A stretch of DNA of 64,000 bases, taken from IMG/VR virus record IMGVR_UViG_3300022744_000020, positions 186,001 to 250,000 of that record, one strand, 5' to 3'. A model generated the notes under the pieces. It was not told the DNA's origin, searched no databases, and saw only the letters and a list, made by a program, of their open reading frames with translations. Shown one piece after another: positions 18,721 to 28,901 of the stretch; the stretch's first letter is position 1, and the number at the start of each line of letters is the position of its first letter. Made by a program: the position numbers and the translations under genes.

Positions 18721-21700
18721 TTAAAGCAGTTTTGCTTTTACAACGCGCAAGTCAGCGTTGAGCCTTTCTACTTTGGTGGCTACCAAAGAACTCGATCCTT
18801 GGAACTCCTTGATCGAGTAATCCATACTGTCAAGAGTTTTGGCAAAGCTAGTTACCTCACCCGACTGCGCCAATTGAACTTCTTGTCCGTAAAACAAATA
18901 AGCCAGCCCGTTATCACCATACTCCAAAACAATCGGCCGAGCCTGCGTTCTCATCAACTCTACACCAGCGGCGTTTTTGCGGATGAAATAAGCGCTCTTG
19001 TTGACATTTGCACCCACATTGAATTCGTGGTCACCACTGCCCGTCAGTGTGGCGATCACTTGAGAATTTTCAGCCAGTACGACGTCCACAGTGTCGGTAA
19101 CCGCAGGACCCTGGAGATAAATTCTCGCATCTCCGATGTTCCATGCGCCCGGGTTAATGTTGGTTTTCAATGAGATCAAAGAGATCGATCTGCGACTACT
19201 GTAGCCAGCGCCCGGCAGAACCGTCAGTCTGAACCTCATCTGGAACCCGACATTCACTCCAGGAAGAACCAACGCACTCAGGTTTTCTTTGGTCAGCTTG
19301 GCCCAATTACTCCAAAGCTCATTCGGTAGTCTCCAAGAGAACTCAGCCAGAACGCCAGGGTCCAGATAGTCTCCTGCGTTTTGAGCCAAATTTGCGACTA
19401 CTTCATAATCTTTACCGCCTACCAGTGCCGAAGAATCTAACTTCAAACTCACCGAGTTCGGAAAGCCGAGATAGAAGTTCGAGGTCCATCCTCCGTTACT
19501 TGCGCTGGCTTGAAGTCCTGCACTTGCTGCATTCAGCGCTGCCGCAATGGTTCCCGCTCCAGCGTTGTACGGGATATCTGCTGTCGTGGCAATCGGCGCT
19601 CCGTATTGGTCATAGACCGAGAGTTTGAAAGTTCCAGAGGTCGGGGCAATCGCCGACACTAGAATGTGGTTCTTACTAGCTCCCGAATTTATCAGACCGA
19701 AGAGCAGAGGCCCCGCATTGACAAACGAGGTAACGCCATGAAACAAATACGGAACAGTTAGTAGCGCCGTGTCCCCCTCATTGGGAAGATAAAGAAGGCC
19801 AATCTGGTCAAACCAACACGTGCCTGAAATGATGGCTTCCGGCTCTCCTGAACACATTGGTCCGACGGTAATGTGTCCAGTGGTTGGTGAAAGCCCCATG
19901 TCAGCCCAATTACCTGCGACATAGTGAGTCGCTCCCGAGTGCGCTCTGGCAACCCCGCTTGGTGGGCAACTGACCAGATTGATTTGAGCGTTTTTGGAGA
20001 TCTTTCCCGCTGCGCTACCCCAAGGAGTAAACCCTGAAGCATTGGTAGCGAAGACCTTTCTCAGAATCAAATCCGTACCCAAATAATTTCCGGGCTCGTC
20101 CACAATAGAGGATCCAATGTTGTTTGTGAGCGAAATCCGGTCTACCTTCAACCCTGAACCCGAAGCATAAACCGCATTAGTGGCAAACCCACGACCATCA
20201 ATGTTAACGTCGGTGACGGTGGTGTTTTTAGAAGCTTGCAGTGAATAGATGATGTTTTGGCGATGCGGAGACGGAGCAGCCAAGGTAACACCAATCACTT
20301 TGGCATCTTCGCAATAGGCAACGCCCAAGCCACTGGGAACGTTAGCCAATAACGAACCAACTTCATTGGTTGGCTGATCAGCCAACTTTACATCAAAGAA
20401 TCGAACACCCGGACAACCACGTGCTTCAACATATCCTCCAGCAAACGTGAGGTTTCGAATGACCGTGTCTTTAGAAAGAGACTGAAAGATAGCCAGCGCC
20501 ATTGTTGCTCCGACATCCAAGGAGCGATCGAATGCGTAGCAAATAGTCGTCAGATCTTCAAGCGCTTTCACGTTTGGCAAATACTCAATCTGGAGTCTGG
20601 TACTTCCAGGGTTCTTACCGCAATTGAAAAGTCTCTTCAGTGAAACGTTCCCGTAGCAGCTCGACACGTACAAAAGCATTTGGTCGTTGACACGGTTTGT
20701 GAAGACTACTCCGTCGATATCAACATCGCCAGTCGTGCCGACGATGTAGGCACACGTCAGCCCGACCTGCCAAAGCTTCAGATACGTGAAAGCCACAGCA
20801 CGAAGATAAATTCTCGAGGTAAAACAGACCCACTCGGCGTCCATCGTTCCGGCAGGCTCCAACCAGATACAACTCATTCGGTCGCGATTTCGCTCCAGCG
20901 GATAGAGTCTCGGATTGGATTTTCCCTGGAGTTGAGTATTATCAATGGTCATTCTCATGGCTTTGGTATATTTTCCCCCGTTGGTGATGATGCCAAAGTT
21001 CGTCACACCTCCGTTGTAGCTGACGGCAAATGAGCTCGGACCCATACTCGGCAGTGCCGACAAAGCATCGGCCACCGCCTGTGGTGTCGTATTCCAAGCC
21101 AAAGCCGGAGTCGTTCCTAATGGTCCTGATTCATCTTCCAGAGAGATCGTGTAGGTTCCTCCGTTGATGATATTTTGGCCATTGTAGATTAACCACTCGT
21201 ACGTGTAATCAATCGGGAAGCGATTGGTGATGTAGATGTTGGGGATTCTAACTTTGCACCCGGTTGGAACCACGCAGCCGTTGATGCCATTTCCAGTGCT
21301 GAACACTCTGTCCGTGTGGTGCCAGAAGAAGAACTTCCCAGCCTCCCACGTACCCCCAACAAATCTATTTTTCTTTGTAGCGCCGTAGCAAATACCCGGA
21401 CCGACATCGTCGTTGTATTTGGGATCGATCGGTGCAATACCCCAAGGCTTGTATTTTCCGCTACCTGGAGCCGTCTCCACCTCCACGTAAGTGATCTCCG
21501 GAATTACGCCTCCGAAGAGCTGCTTGAAATCCCAAGTCTTTTCGGTTCCGTCACCAATACCGATCTCCATCGGAGTTCCACGGATGACCAATTTTCCTTG
21601 ACCCGTGGCCTTGATGTGCTGACCCATGTCATCCAGCACAATCACGATTGGTGTCGTGGCGCTTTCATTTTTTATCAGAATGGTTCCTCGACTCACGCAT

Positions 21701-21831
21701 TGAATCGATCCGGTATTCACCGTCGTACTCTGATCTATCGTGAGTACGGCGTTATTGATGATGTTGAATCCCTCGCCTTTGGCGTAGGTAACATCTTTCA
21801 AATTGGTGTTGGTTGCAACGACGATGGTCAT
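18721..21831 (-). CDS. Putative tailspike/receptor-binding virion protein (1036 aa)
   Basis: Beta-rich; central beta-helix-like coils; two GT(F/Y)xIS/LS...T..I/L.(W/Y)N....(V/I)A.AL repeats; C-terminal heptads. Confidence 0.6.
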   Translation of the reverse strand: MTIVVATNTNLKDVTYAKGEGFNIINNAVLTIDQSTTVNTGSIQCVSRGTILIKNESATTPIVIVLDDMGQHIKATGQGKLVIRGTPMEIGIGDGTEKTWDFKQLFGGVIPEITYVEVETAPGSGKYKPWGIAPIDPKYNDDVGPGICYGATKKNRFVGGTWEAGKFFFWHHTDRVFSTGNGINGCVVPTGCKVRIPNIYITNRFPIDYTYEWLIYNGQNIINGGTYTISLEDESGPLGTTPALAWNTTPQAVADALSALPSMGPSSFAVSYNGGVTNFGIITNGGKYTKAMRMTIDNTQLQGKSNPRLYPLERNRDRMSCIWLEPAGTMDAEWVCFTSRIYLRAVAFTYLKLWQVGLTCAYIVGTTGDVDIDGVVFTNRVNDQMLLYVSSCYGNVSLKRLFNCGKNPGSTRLQIEYLPNVKALEDLTTICYAFDRSLDVGATMALAIFQSLSKDTVIRNLTFAGGYVEARGCPGVRFFDVKLADQPTNEVGSLLANVPSGLGVAYCEDAKVIGVTLAAPSPHRQNIIYSLQASKNTTVTDVNIDGRGFATNAVYASGSGLKVDRISLTNNIGSSIVDEPGNYLGTDLILRKVFATNASGFTPWGSAAGKISKNAQINLVSCPPSGVARAHSGATHYVAGNWADMGLSPTTGHITVGPMCSGEPEAIISGTCWFDQIGLLYLPNEGDTALLTVPYLFHGVTSFVNAGPLLFGLINSGASKNHILVSAIAPTSGTFKLSVYDQYGAPIATTADIPYNAGAGTIAAALNAASAGLQASASNGGWTSNFYLGFPNSVSLKLDSSALVGGKDYEVVANLAQNAGDYLDPGVLAEFSWRLPNELWSNWAKLTKENLSALVLPGVNVGFQMRFRLTVLPGAGYSSRRSISLISLKTNINPGAWNIGDARIYLQGPAVTDTVDVVLAENSQVIATLTGSGDHEFNVGANVNKSAYFIRKNAAGVELMRTQARPIVLEYGDNGLAYLFYGQEVQLAQSGEVTSFAKTLDSMDYSIKEFQGSSSLVATKVERLNADLRVVKAKLL

Positions 21832-21834
21832 TTC

Positions 21835-22929
21835 TTAAGCCTGCTGGGCAGTTCCGTATTGGAGGGTGGCTCTGGTATTCCACGCCATAGACGCGTTGGT
21901 CATGGTCGGGTTGTTGATGGGTCCGGCGTAGTCGAACAAAACCCCTTCTCCGACGCTAGAAGCTCTGGCAACGCACCACGGAATGCGTGTGGTGGGACCC
22001 CCGATCTTCAGAGCGTACGTGATACCTGGGGTTTCGTCATTACTGATCGTAGTAACCAACCCATCTAACGGAGAATGGTAATGTGTCTTAAGTCCGGTAT
22101 CTAAGGCCACCAACTTCTGATTAATTAGCTCTATATCTGCCAAATCAAAACCCAACTCTACTTTGGAGATGGGTCGAAACTTCTTTGTGATTGGTTTGGA
22201 GTGATCTGCTGTCGGAGGAAGTTCACCGTTCTTTACGGCCCAACCAGTAAAGAAATTCTTGTTTGAAGCAGCCGAGTTGCAATGGGCATTGATCACATAC
22301 CGATTGAAATAGATGGCCGAGCCCCAATCAATCGCAAGCACCAACTTTCCGTTTACAAACCCACCAGACAACCCTGCGGGCTCCAGAGTTCCCCGACTAA
22401 TATAGCTGGGATTATAGAGTAGGTTTATCCCGAGTGGATCGGCGTAGGTGTAGAAAGAAATGGACAGGTCAGTGAACCCCCCGGGACCGTACGGGTAGCC
22501 AATCAAATCCAGACGAACCATAACGGCACTATTGACCGGAATGTTGGTTTCAATGTACTGGTATCTTTGAACTTCGGCACCAGCAAATTGAACAACTCCT
22601 GGAAATAATCCAGTGTCTCCAGGCTTTACTACGCTCGACAACAAATTGGCTAAACTGATGGTAACGACACTTCCATCTGATTTTGTCAGGGTTAGAGTTT
22701 GGTCAGTTGGAACATATGCTCCGGAAGCGATGGTCGGACCAGTCCCAGCCGGCGCTGTCGTCCCTGAGCCTGCTGCGGGTGCAGAAGTTGCTGTTCCAAA
22801 CAAGTGGACAACATCACTGTATTTAATCTTGGCTAGATTGCCATTAACCAACACAACGGCATAATCGTCAGCCGTTATGTCGGTAAGGGTAGATGTTCTT
22901 TCGAACATCGATTTGAAAGCGTCGCTCAT
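21835..22929 (-). CDS. Putative tail fibre protein
   Basis: Ala/Gly/Thr linker, TLTLTKSDGSVVTISL fibre-like motif, co-oriented with the 1036-aa gene. Confidence 0.55.
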   Translation of the reverse strand: MSDAFKSMFERTSTLTDITADDYAVVLVNGNLAKIKYSDVVHLFGTATSAPAAGSGTTAPAGTGPTIASGAYVPTDQTLTLTKSDGSVVTISLANLLSSVVKPGDTGLFPGVVQFAGAEVQRYQYIETNIPVNSAVMVRLDLIGYPYGPGGFTDLSISFYTYADPLGINLLYNPSYISRGTLEPAGLSGGFVNGKLVLAIDWGSAIYFNRYVINAHCNSAASNKNFFTGWAVKNGELPPTADHSKPITKKFRPISKVELGFDLADIELINQKLVALDTGLKTHYHSPLDGLVTTISNDETPGITYALKIGGPTTRIPWCVARASSVGEGVLFDYAGPINNPTMTNASMAWNTRATLQYGTAQQA

Positions 22930-23006
22930 TCGAGTGATCCTCTTCTAAAGTAGAATAAAAAGTCTGAATCATACCGTTGGTATTTTTATTTAGCTTGAAA
23001 TTTTTT

Positions 23007-23021
23007 AAAGCGATACATCAT
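23007..23021 (+). promoter_or_regulatory. Phage promoter-like motif
   Basis: AAAGCGATACATCAT, identical 15-mer at 45686. Confidence 0.65.
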
Positions 23022-23057
23022 AACAAAGACCTCCACCACCAAAAGGAATTCATTCTC

Positions 23058-23570
23058 ATGGAAACTCCCAACCTTGTCCAGCGCGCCACGATCAAAGTGC
23101 CTTTGGCTCCTGTCGGTTCTCGACTCAATGAGAGCGTCAATCTGGATTACATGGGTAATGCATACTTCGAGTTTGGTGCTTTGCCCAAATCGTTGCGCCG
23201 GATCGAACAGAAAGCCCATCTCTTTCGCATGAGGCGGCTTGAAGACATCAAGAGCGACACTGGGTTCACCCTGCGCGTGTACAGTTATCTCAACGACCGG
23301 GAGTTCGAACAATACCACAAATGCCTGCGCATGATGCGTGGGTTAGAAAAAGCGAACTTCAACTTAGAGGAGTCTACCCACTTTGAAGTCATGAAGAATG
23401 GAGGATTCTCTTTTGTCTCCGGTACCAACTTCTGGTGGGACATCAGAAACGATGTGATGTGGAGCTTCAACAAGACCTTCATGTCGCGCTTACCTAAGCA
23501 ACTCCAAGCGTCGTTCGATTACATGAACGAGAACTCCCCAGAAAACAAACTGCCGAAACTGATCGATTGA
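23058..23570 (+). CDS. Hypothetical protein
   Basis: AAAGGA RBS before METPNL. Confidence 0.75.
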   Translation: METPNLVQRATIKVPLAPVGSRLNESVNLDYMGNAYFEFGALPKSLRRIEQKAHLFRMRRLEDIKSDTGFTLRVYSYLNDREFEQYHKCLRMMRGLEKANFNLEESTHFEVMKNGGFSFVSGTNFWWDIRNDVMWSFNKTFMSRLPKQLQASFDYMNENSPENKLPKLID

Positions 23571-23842
23571 AATTAAGGAAGATGGTTATGTTTGTCTATC
23601 ACGTCTTTGCTGAAACCCGCGATGGGGAGTTGGATTTCAGTGGATTGATTCATTCCCCAGTGAAGATACTGACTCTTCCAGATTTTGAAAACCTGAAGGT
23701 AACCCTGGCAGATCGTTTTTGTGAGCACCCTACAGCCATTCGACAAGGAAGGGATCACATTGTCCGCAGCATGCAAATCAAGAGCCTGAGCTACTTAGGC
23801 GAAAAGTCCAACGAACTCACTGAGGAAAAACCAAATGAGTAA
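23567..23842 (+). CDS. Hypothetical protein
   Basis: Overlapping ORF in operon; start may be 23582. Confidence 0.65.
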   Translation: MKLRKMVMFVYHVFAETRDGELDFSGLIHSPVKILTLPDFENLKVTLADRFCEHPTAIRQGRDHIVRSMQIKSLSYLGEKSNELTEEKPNE

Positions 23843-24278
23843 CGATAAACAAGCAGCACTTCTTCTTGTGCAGGTAGATGATGGACGCGAGTCCTGCTCG
23901 ATGTACGAAGAAGCCTACTGGTCCGTCAGTCGGCGACACGGCGACATCAAGCAGGTCGGGTTGGTCTGTGGTAAAGTCGACCCCGGGGAAACGGCACTGG
24001 AGGCAGCCATTCGAGAAGGGAAAGAGGAAATCGGCCTGGAGGTTTCCGAAGAAGACAAGCAAAAGATCGTCGCCATCCACGCCGGGTGGGATAGCGGTCA
24101 TTGGGTCACAACCTTCCTCTATCCCGGAAAGATGAAGCTTGCCAATCTCGTCATGGAACCGGGTCTCTTACCCCGAGCAGTCACCCTGGACGAAATGTGT
24201 CGACCCGAAGTGAGTCCTTTCTGGAATTACAACTTGGGTATTCGTTTGGCCTTGTGGCGATATCGCGGCAGAAAATAA
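23835..24278 (+). CDS. Nudix hydrolase
   Basis: Nudix box GKVDPGETALEAAIREGKEEIGL. Confidence 0.92.
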   Translation: MSNDKQAALLLVQVDDGRESCSMYEEAYWSVSRRHGDIKQVGLVCGKVDPGETALEAAIREGKEEIGLEVSEEDKQKIVAIHAGWDSGHWVTTFLYPGKMKLANLVMEPGLLPRAVTLDEMCRPEVSPFWNYNLGIRLALWRYRGRK

Positions 24279-24295
24279 AGCGTCTCTGGAAGTAC

Positions 24296-24336
24296 AGCAC
24301 ACACCTATTGGAAGTCAGGTGTGTGCTCGTATTTTT
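24296..24336 (+). terminator. Terminator
   Basis: AGCACACACCT...AGGTGTGTGCT followed by a T run. Confidence 0.75.
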
Positions 24337-24420
24337 ATGTCATTACTTAATTTTTTGGCCCTAACCAACCAGATTGGGAAAGAGGAATGTAAATCGAGAC
24401 GCATTCCAGGTTTTTACAAC

Positions 24421-24481
24421 CGTATATAACTCTCATGAATCAAGTACGACTGTCGTGTTTGAACAACTCCCGAGAAAGGGA
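24421..24481 (+). promoter_or_regulatory. Promoter-like motif, 5' hairpin and RBS hairpin TCCC-GAGAAA-GGGA
   Basis: CGTATATAACTCTCATGAATC; stem TCAAGTACGA/TCGTGTTTGA; RBS hairpin at 24468-24481. Confidence 0.65.
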
Positions 24482-24488
24482 ATTAAAC

Positions 24489-24803
24489 ATGGAAAAGAAA
24501 GAAATTACCTATTTGGTCTACGCCCAAATAGGTGGAGGTTGGTCGCGACAGCCGCGATACATCCCCACCTCCACACGAAGCGATATGGTCGCTTCTTGGT
24601 GCCTGGTCTTTGGACCGGACACCGCCCGGTTGAATCCGGAGGGGGATGTAGAGGTGGAGACCAACAAGGTCTTCCAAGTTGCCGACTATGTCGGCTTGAC
24701 CAATCTGCTCGGTGAAGCAGATTGGCACCCCAGGACCAAAGTAGGTCTGGGGAACTTCATCGAAAGCTTGATCAGCTTATCGGTGCGCGGCATCTCGCCA
24801 TAA
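24489..24803 (+). CDS. Hypothetical protein
   Basis: ATG 7 nt after GGGA. Confidence 0.75.
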   Translation: MEKKEITYLVYAQIGGGWSRQPRYIPTSTRSDMVASWCLVFGPDTARLNPEGDVEVETNKVFQVADYVGLTNLLGEADWHPRTKVGLGNFIESLISLSVRGISP

Positions 24804-24845
24804 ACGAGAGCCAAAGGTTTTGTCGGGCTACCTTAAAGCCCGACA

Positions 24846-25226
24846 ATGAATTCTGAGGAGTTGGCAATGAAGAAGAATGGTGTTGTATTCAATCGAAAGA
24901 TGTTGAAGTGGGGCCGACAGATCGCCCAATGGGCCGTTCGCGGTCTCAATTTCCAGGACAAAGAGACTTATCGGTCCCTGGGGCAGGAGATCCTCAATGA
25001 CCCCAAGCTTGCCGAACGTCTGGGACGTGTGCTGAAAGGCATCACGACTGTGACCCAGACAGAAGCTGCAATGCTTCTTCAGGCTACCGTGGGTCGAATG
25101 GATCCCGAGTGGTTCAACGATTACGTTACGGAGACCGAGGAGAAGAACTTCTCTCGCTGGGAATTCAACCACCGCAACATGGTGGCCGACGCCGTGTGGG
25201 TTCTTCAACCCAGCGTCGTGCACTGA
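24846..25226 (+). CDS. Hypothetical protein
   Basis: ORF; 10-bp hairpin 24820-24846 abuts the ATG. Confidence 0.7.
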   Translation: MNSEELAMKKNGVVFNRKMLKWGRQIAQWAVRGLNFQDKETYRSLGQEILNDPKLAERLGRVLKGITTVTQTEAAMLLQATVGRMDPEWFNDYVTETEEKNFSRWEFNHRNMVADAVWVLQPSVVH

Positions 25227-25245
25227 CACTCGCGCGCAGAAGCGG

Positions 25246-25289
25246 ACCTCGAGGGAAACCCCCTCTTGGTCCACAACTCTTTTTTTTTT
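25246..25289 (+). terminator. Terminator
   Basis: GGACC..GAGGG-AAACC-CCCTC..GGTCC followed by an 11-T run. Confidence 0.65.
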
Positions 25290-25300
25290 GAAGGTTTTCC

Positions 25301-25675
25301 ATGAAGTTACTGATTGATCAAGACCTTTGGTATCGATTTGTCGCTAGTAAGCACGAAGATGAGAAAATCGACGAAGAGGCGATTACGGCCAATTTGGATC
25401 TCGTAGAGAAGCTAAAAAAGTACAGTTGTTACGTTCATCGTAAAATAACCCCGGAGGTCGTTGAGTTCAGAGTTCTCGCGCAAAAATGCACCCTGGAGGA
25501 ATTTGAAATGAATGCACTCCTTACCTATTTAGGGGAGCTTTTTGATCTTCGAGTAGAATACTATCCCCTTGGTGGATTGGGTTGTGGTATATGCTTGAAG
25601 ATTACCCATGCCGTTGCTTATTGTTTAGATGATCCAATTCCTGAGGAGAAAACAGATGGAACTATACCACGGTAG
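25301..25675 (+). CDS. Hypothetical protein
   Basis: ORF. Confidence 0.7.
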   Translation: MKLLIDQDLWYRFVASKHEDEKIDEEAITANLDLVEKLKKYSCYVHRKITPEVVEFRVLAQKCTLEEFEMNALLTYLGELFDLRVEYYPLGGLGCGICLKITHAVAYCLDDPIPEEKTDGTIPR

Positions 25676-26081
25676 CCGCTTTATCACCAATCTACTCAAG
25701 CCGGGTTTCGAACATACCGGCAAGTTGATCAAGTGGGATCAAACCGAAGACAACACGTGGCTCTATGCCTCTACGTCTCAAGCTGAAGCCTATCTGAATG
25801 CTCTGGCTTCAGCACTGGAAGCCAACCATGGTGCAAATAGAGTCTCGTTTGACTCAGAAGAGATTCGAATCTATTCGAGTGGAAAAATCACAGAAGAAGA
25901 GGTTCGAGGGATTCAGGTTTACGTCTATACTTTGTTGTTGACGCCAGATTGGAGAAAGGTCAACAACAAACACAATGGCTCAGACACCGAGTACAAGACA
26001 AGGTCTCACGTCAAGCCCATTTCAAATGAAATGATAACAGACCCCGTTGGTAATCGCGTGTTGCGGTTCTTCAACACCTGA
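25656..26081 (+). CDS. ADP-ribosyltransferase-fold-like protein
   Basis: LYHGS, WLYAST and late TEY motifs fit the H-Y-E ART pattern. Confidence 0.45.
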   Translation: MELYHGSRFITNLLKPGFEHTGKLIKWDQTEDNTWLYASTSQAEAYLNALASALEANHGANRVSFDSEEIRIYSSGKITEEEVRGIQVYVYTLLLTPDWRKVNNKHNGSDTEYKTRSHVKPISNEMITDPVGNRVLRFFNT

Positions 26082-26087
26082 AACCCA

Positions 26088-26113
26088 CCCCCTTAACCGG
26101 GGGTTTTTCTTTT
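26088..26113 (+). terminator. Terminator
   Basis: ACCCCC-TTAACC-GGGGGT followed by T-rich sequence. Confidence 0.7.
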
Positions 26114-26125
26114 TAGGCCAGACCC

Positions 26126-28894
26126 ATGTTTGAAATTTTGAGATCACTTGCTGGTATTCTCGATGTTCGAATCAACCGAAATGTCGTCACTGTCTCCGGA
26201 GTGAAGAAAGCCACAATCGAAGGCGGTATGAAGAAAGTGTTTGGCTCCGATAAGATCGCGGCCCACATTTTCAAAATCAAAAGCAACTCCTTCTCTTTTC
26301 AGGAGTGGTTCCTGCCAGATGTGGCTTTCGCTCTGCAGGAGATTGTCAACTCTCCCAAGTCTTACGCCGATCACAAAAGGACTTGTAAGCAAATTCTCAA
26401 TCAGCTTTACGAGAAGACATGGCTCGGTCGGATCAATACTGAAGCACCAAAGCGGCTTGACCGCTCCAAGCTTCGAGACATGGTCTTCACCCCTTTGGAT
26501 TTCCAGGAAGAGTTCTTCGACTATTTTGAGAAGAACGTCTACGCGTACAACCTGAAGGGTTTTCTTTTTGCTGGTGCGGCTGGTTCGGGCAAAGCCCAAC
26601 CAGACTCGGCACTCGTGAAAATCCCCAACGGATGGAAACCCATAGGGGAGATCAGAACCGGAGATTTAGTGGTCACGCCCGACGGAGCGCATGCTGTTGT
26701 TTCAGGTGTGTTTCCACAGGGAATGAAAAAAATCTACGAGATTTCCACGGTCGATGGTCGTCGCACTCAAGCGTGCCGTGAACACCTGTGGGAGATCATC
26801 ATTCCGGATCAGTCGATTTTCCGTGAACCGAAGGTGGTTAACACTCAGGCAGTTCTATCGCTGATCAGTTCCGGGATTCCGGTCTTTATTCCCACCACCA
26901 TTTGCTGCTCACCGACCGACATACCTCTCAGTGCAGATCCTGAGAAGTGCTCCCCAAGGGAGTTGATCGAAGCTTCATACGCCCAGAAAGAAGCCTTCTT
27001 TGTCGCTCAAGTGGGTCGAAAATATCGATACCTCAACAATTGGGCTCGAGTAACTGGCCAAGACCGAGAAGATTTCATCGCCCTCGTCAGGTCTTTTGGC
27101 GGGGTGATTGGACCAATCACGGAAGAAATGAGCCCGGACATTCTTCCGTACTACTTCGACTCTCTTGTTGAAATTGAGAACGTGCTTCTTGCCGAGGATC
27201 AATACGCTCGCTGCATCATGGTCGAAGATCCTCGTCATTTGTACGTGACCGATCAATACATCGCCACGCACAATACGTTTACCTCTTGCGCCCTGGCTCA
27301 TTGCTCTGGATCCGACAAGATCATCGTTGTTTGCCCGAACAACGCTTTGGATCGGGTTTGGAAAGATTCGGCTCTGACGGTGTTCAAGCAACCACAATCG
27401 GTCTGGATTAGTGACGGGAAAACCCCCTTTACTGGTAAAGAAAGATTCCTGGTATGTCACTATGAATGGCTGAGTAAGCTTCGAGCCAATCTGGACAAGA
27501 TTAGCTATCAGCGACTTACCGTCATTCTCGATGAATCGCACAACCTGAATGAGGCAGATAGCGGAAGAACCCAGAAATTCATTTCCCTGTGCGAGGAAGT
27601 GGACGCGGCTGAGGTCATCTGGCTTTCCGGCACTCCCATCAAAGCGCTTTCGACGGAAGCGATTCCCCTGATAAGATGTATCGACCCCTTGTTCACCCCG
27701 GAGGTGGAAGACATTTTCAAGGCCATCTTCCGAGGAGAAAACAACAAAGCGATTTCGATTCTCAAAAATCGAATCGGTCTGGTGTCGTTCAAGGTCGCCA
27801 AAGATCGTCTGGGTCTGAAAGAGCCACTCTTCACCAATTACAAGGTTGCGTTCCCGGGCGCTGAAGAGTTTACCCTCACCAAGATCCGGGAGAAGATGAC
27901 GGCCTTCATCCAACAGCGAGATGTCTACTATAAGTCTCGAGAAAAGGCCGATCTGGCTTACTACCAGAAAATCTTGGATCAGCACGCTGCAAAGCTGACG
28001 ACTCGTGAAGAAAAGGCGGAATTCGATCAATACGTTCGCAACGCGAACATGATACGCAAAACCCAAGGCATGGGCTGTTCAGACGAAATGAAGGCAGCCA
28101 ACCTCTATGAGCTGCGCAACATCATGCCTGGACTTAGCGCCGAGGATCGCATCAAGTTCAAGGAATCGAAGACGATCTACAAGTACCTCACCCTGAAGAT
28201 TCAAGGAGAATGCTTGGGTCAAATTGTTGGGCGTACCCGGATCGCTTGTCATGTTGAGTTGGCCAAACAGATCAAGTATGCTCCGATCCTTGAGTCGACT
28301 GAGAAGAAGACGGTTGTTTTCTCGTCATTCGTGGACGTGCTAAAAGCGGCTGAAGTGGAGCTGCAAGCTCAGCAGTATTCTCCAATGCTTGTTTACGGAG
28401 AAACCACCAGTAAACTGGCCCAGATAGTACAGCAGTTTGGAGAAGACGAATCAGTGAACCCGTTGGTGGCGACCTATGCTTCGTTGTCTACTGCGGTTCC
28501 TTTGATCATGGCCGACACCATGATTCTGATCGATGTGCCTTTCCGAGACTACATCCTTCAGCAAGCCGTGTCTCGAATCCATCGACTCGGACAGGTCAAC
28601 GACACACACATCTTCACGATCGTGCTGGATACTGGCAACGAGCCGAACATCTCTACCCGAACGGTGGACATTCTGCGCTGGTCACAACAGCAAATCGAAT
28701 CTATCTTGGGCATCAAGTCTCCTTTTGAAATCAAGGACGGGGAAGAGATCGCACTCGAAGCCATGGAAAGTCTGGATGATATCGACCTGACGCAAGTGGT
28801 CGATCCGTTCTTTGCTGGACTCAAGCAGATGGATCAATTCATCGATCCGGACGTGGTTGAAGTCTCTGTTGAAAACACCTATCTCTCTTGGTAA
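26126..28894 (+). CDS. SNF2/SF2 helicase precursor containing an intein
   Basis: GAAGSGK|T (split by the intein), ILDESH, LSGTP, VVFSSF, QAVSRIHRLGQ. Confidence 0.92.
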   Translation: MFEILRSLAGILDVRINRNVVTVSGVKKATIEGGMKKVFGSDKIAAHIFKIKSNSFSFQEWFLPDVAFALQEIVNSPKSYADHKRTCKQILNQLYEKTWLGRINTEAPKRLDRSKLRDMVFTPLDFQEEFFDYFEKNVYAYNLKGFLFAGAAGSGKAQPDSALVKIPNGWKPIGEIRTGDLVVTPDGAHAVVSGVFPQGMKKIYEISTVDGRRTQACREHLWEIIIPDQSIFREPKVVNTQAVLSLISSGIPVFIPTTICCSPTDIPLSADPEKCSPRELIEASYAQKEAFFVAQVGRKYRYLNNWARVTGQDREDFIALVRSFGGVIGPITEEMSPDILPYYFDSLVEIENVLLAEDQYARCIMVEDPRHLYVTDQYIATHNTFTSCALAHCSGSDKIIVVCPNNALDRVWKDSALTVFKQPQSVWISDGKTPFTGKERFLVCHYEWLSKLRANLDKISYQRLTVILDESHNLNEADSGRTQKFISLCEEVDAAEVIWLSGTPIKALSTEAIPLIRCIDPLFTPEVEDIFKAIFRGENNKAISILKNRIGLVSFKVAKDRLGLKEPLFTNYKVAFPGAEEFTLTKIREKMTAFIQQRDVYYKSREKADLAYYQKILDQHAAKLTTREEKAEFDQYVRNANMIRKTQGMGCSDEMKAANLYELRNIMPGLSAEDRIKFKESKTIYKYLTLKIQGECLGQIVGRTRIACHVELAKQIKYAPILESTEKKTVVFSSFVDVLKAAEVELQAQQYSPMLVYGETTSKLAQIVQQFGEDESVNPLVATYASLSTAVPLIMADTMILIDVPFRDYILQQAVSRIHRLGQVNDTHIFTIVLDTGNEPNISTRTVDILRWSQQQIESILGIKSPFEIKDGEEIALEAMESLDDIDLTQVVDPFFAGLKQMDQFIDPDVVEVSVENTYLSW
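26594..27274 (+). mobile_element. Class 3 intein (227 aa) with decayed endonuclease region
   Basis: Starts AQPDSA, ends IATHN/T; block B REHLW, block F ARCIMV, block G ATHN give the W-C-T triplet. Confidence 0.9.
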
Positions 28895-28901
28895 TAAGAT
28901 C

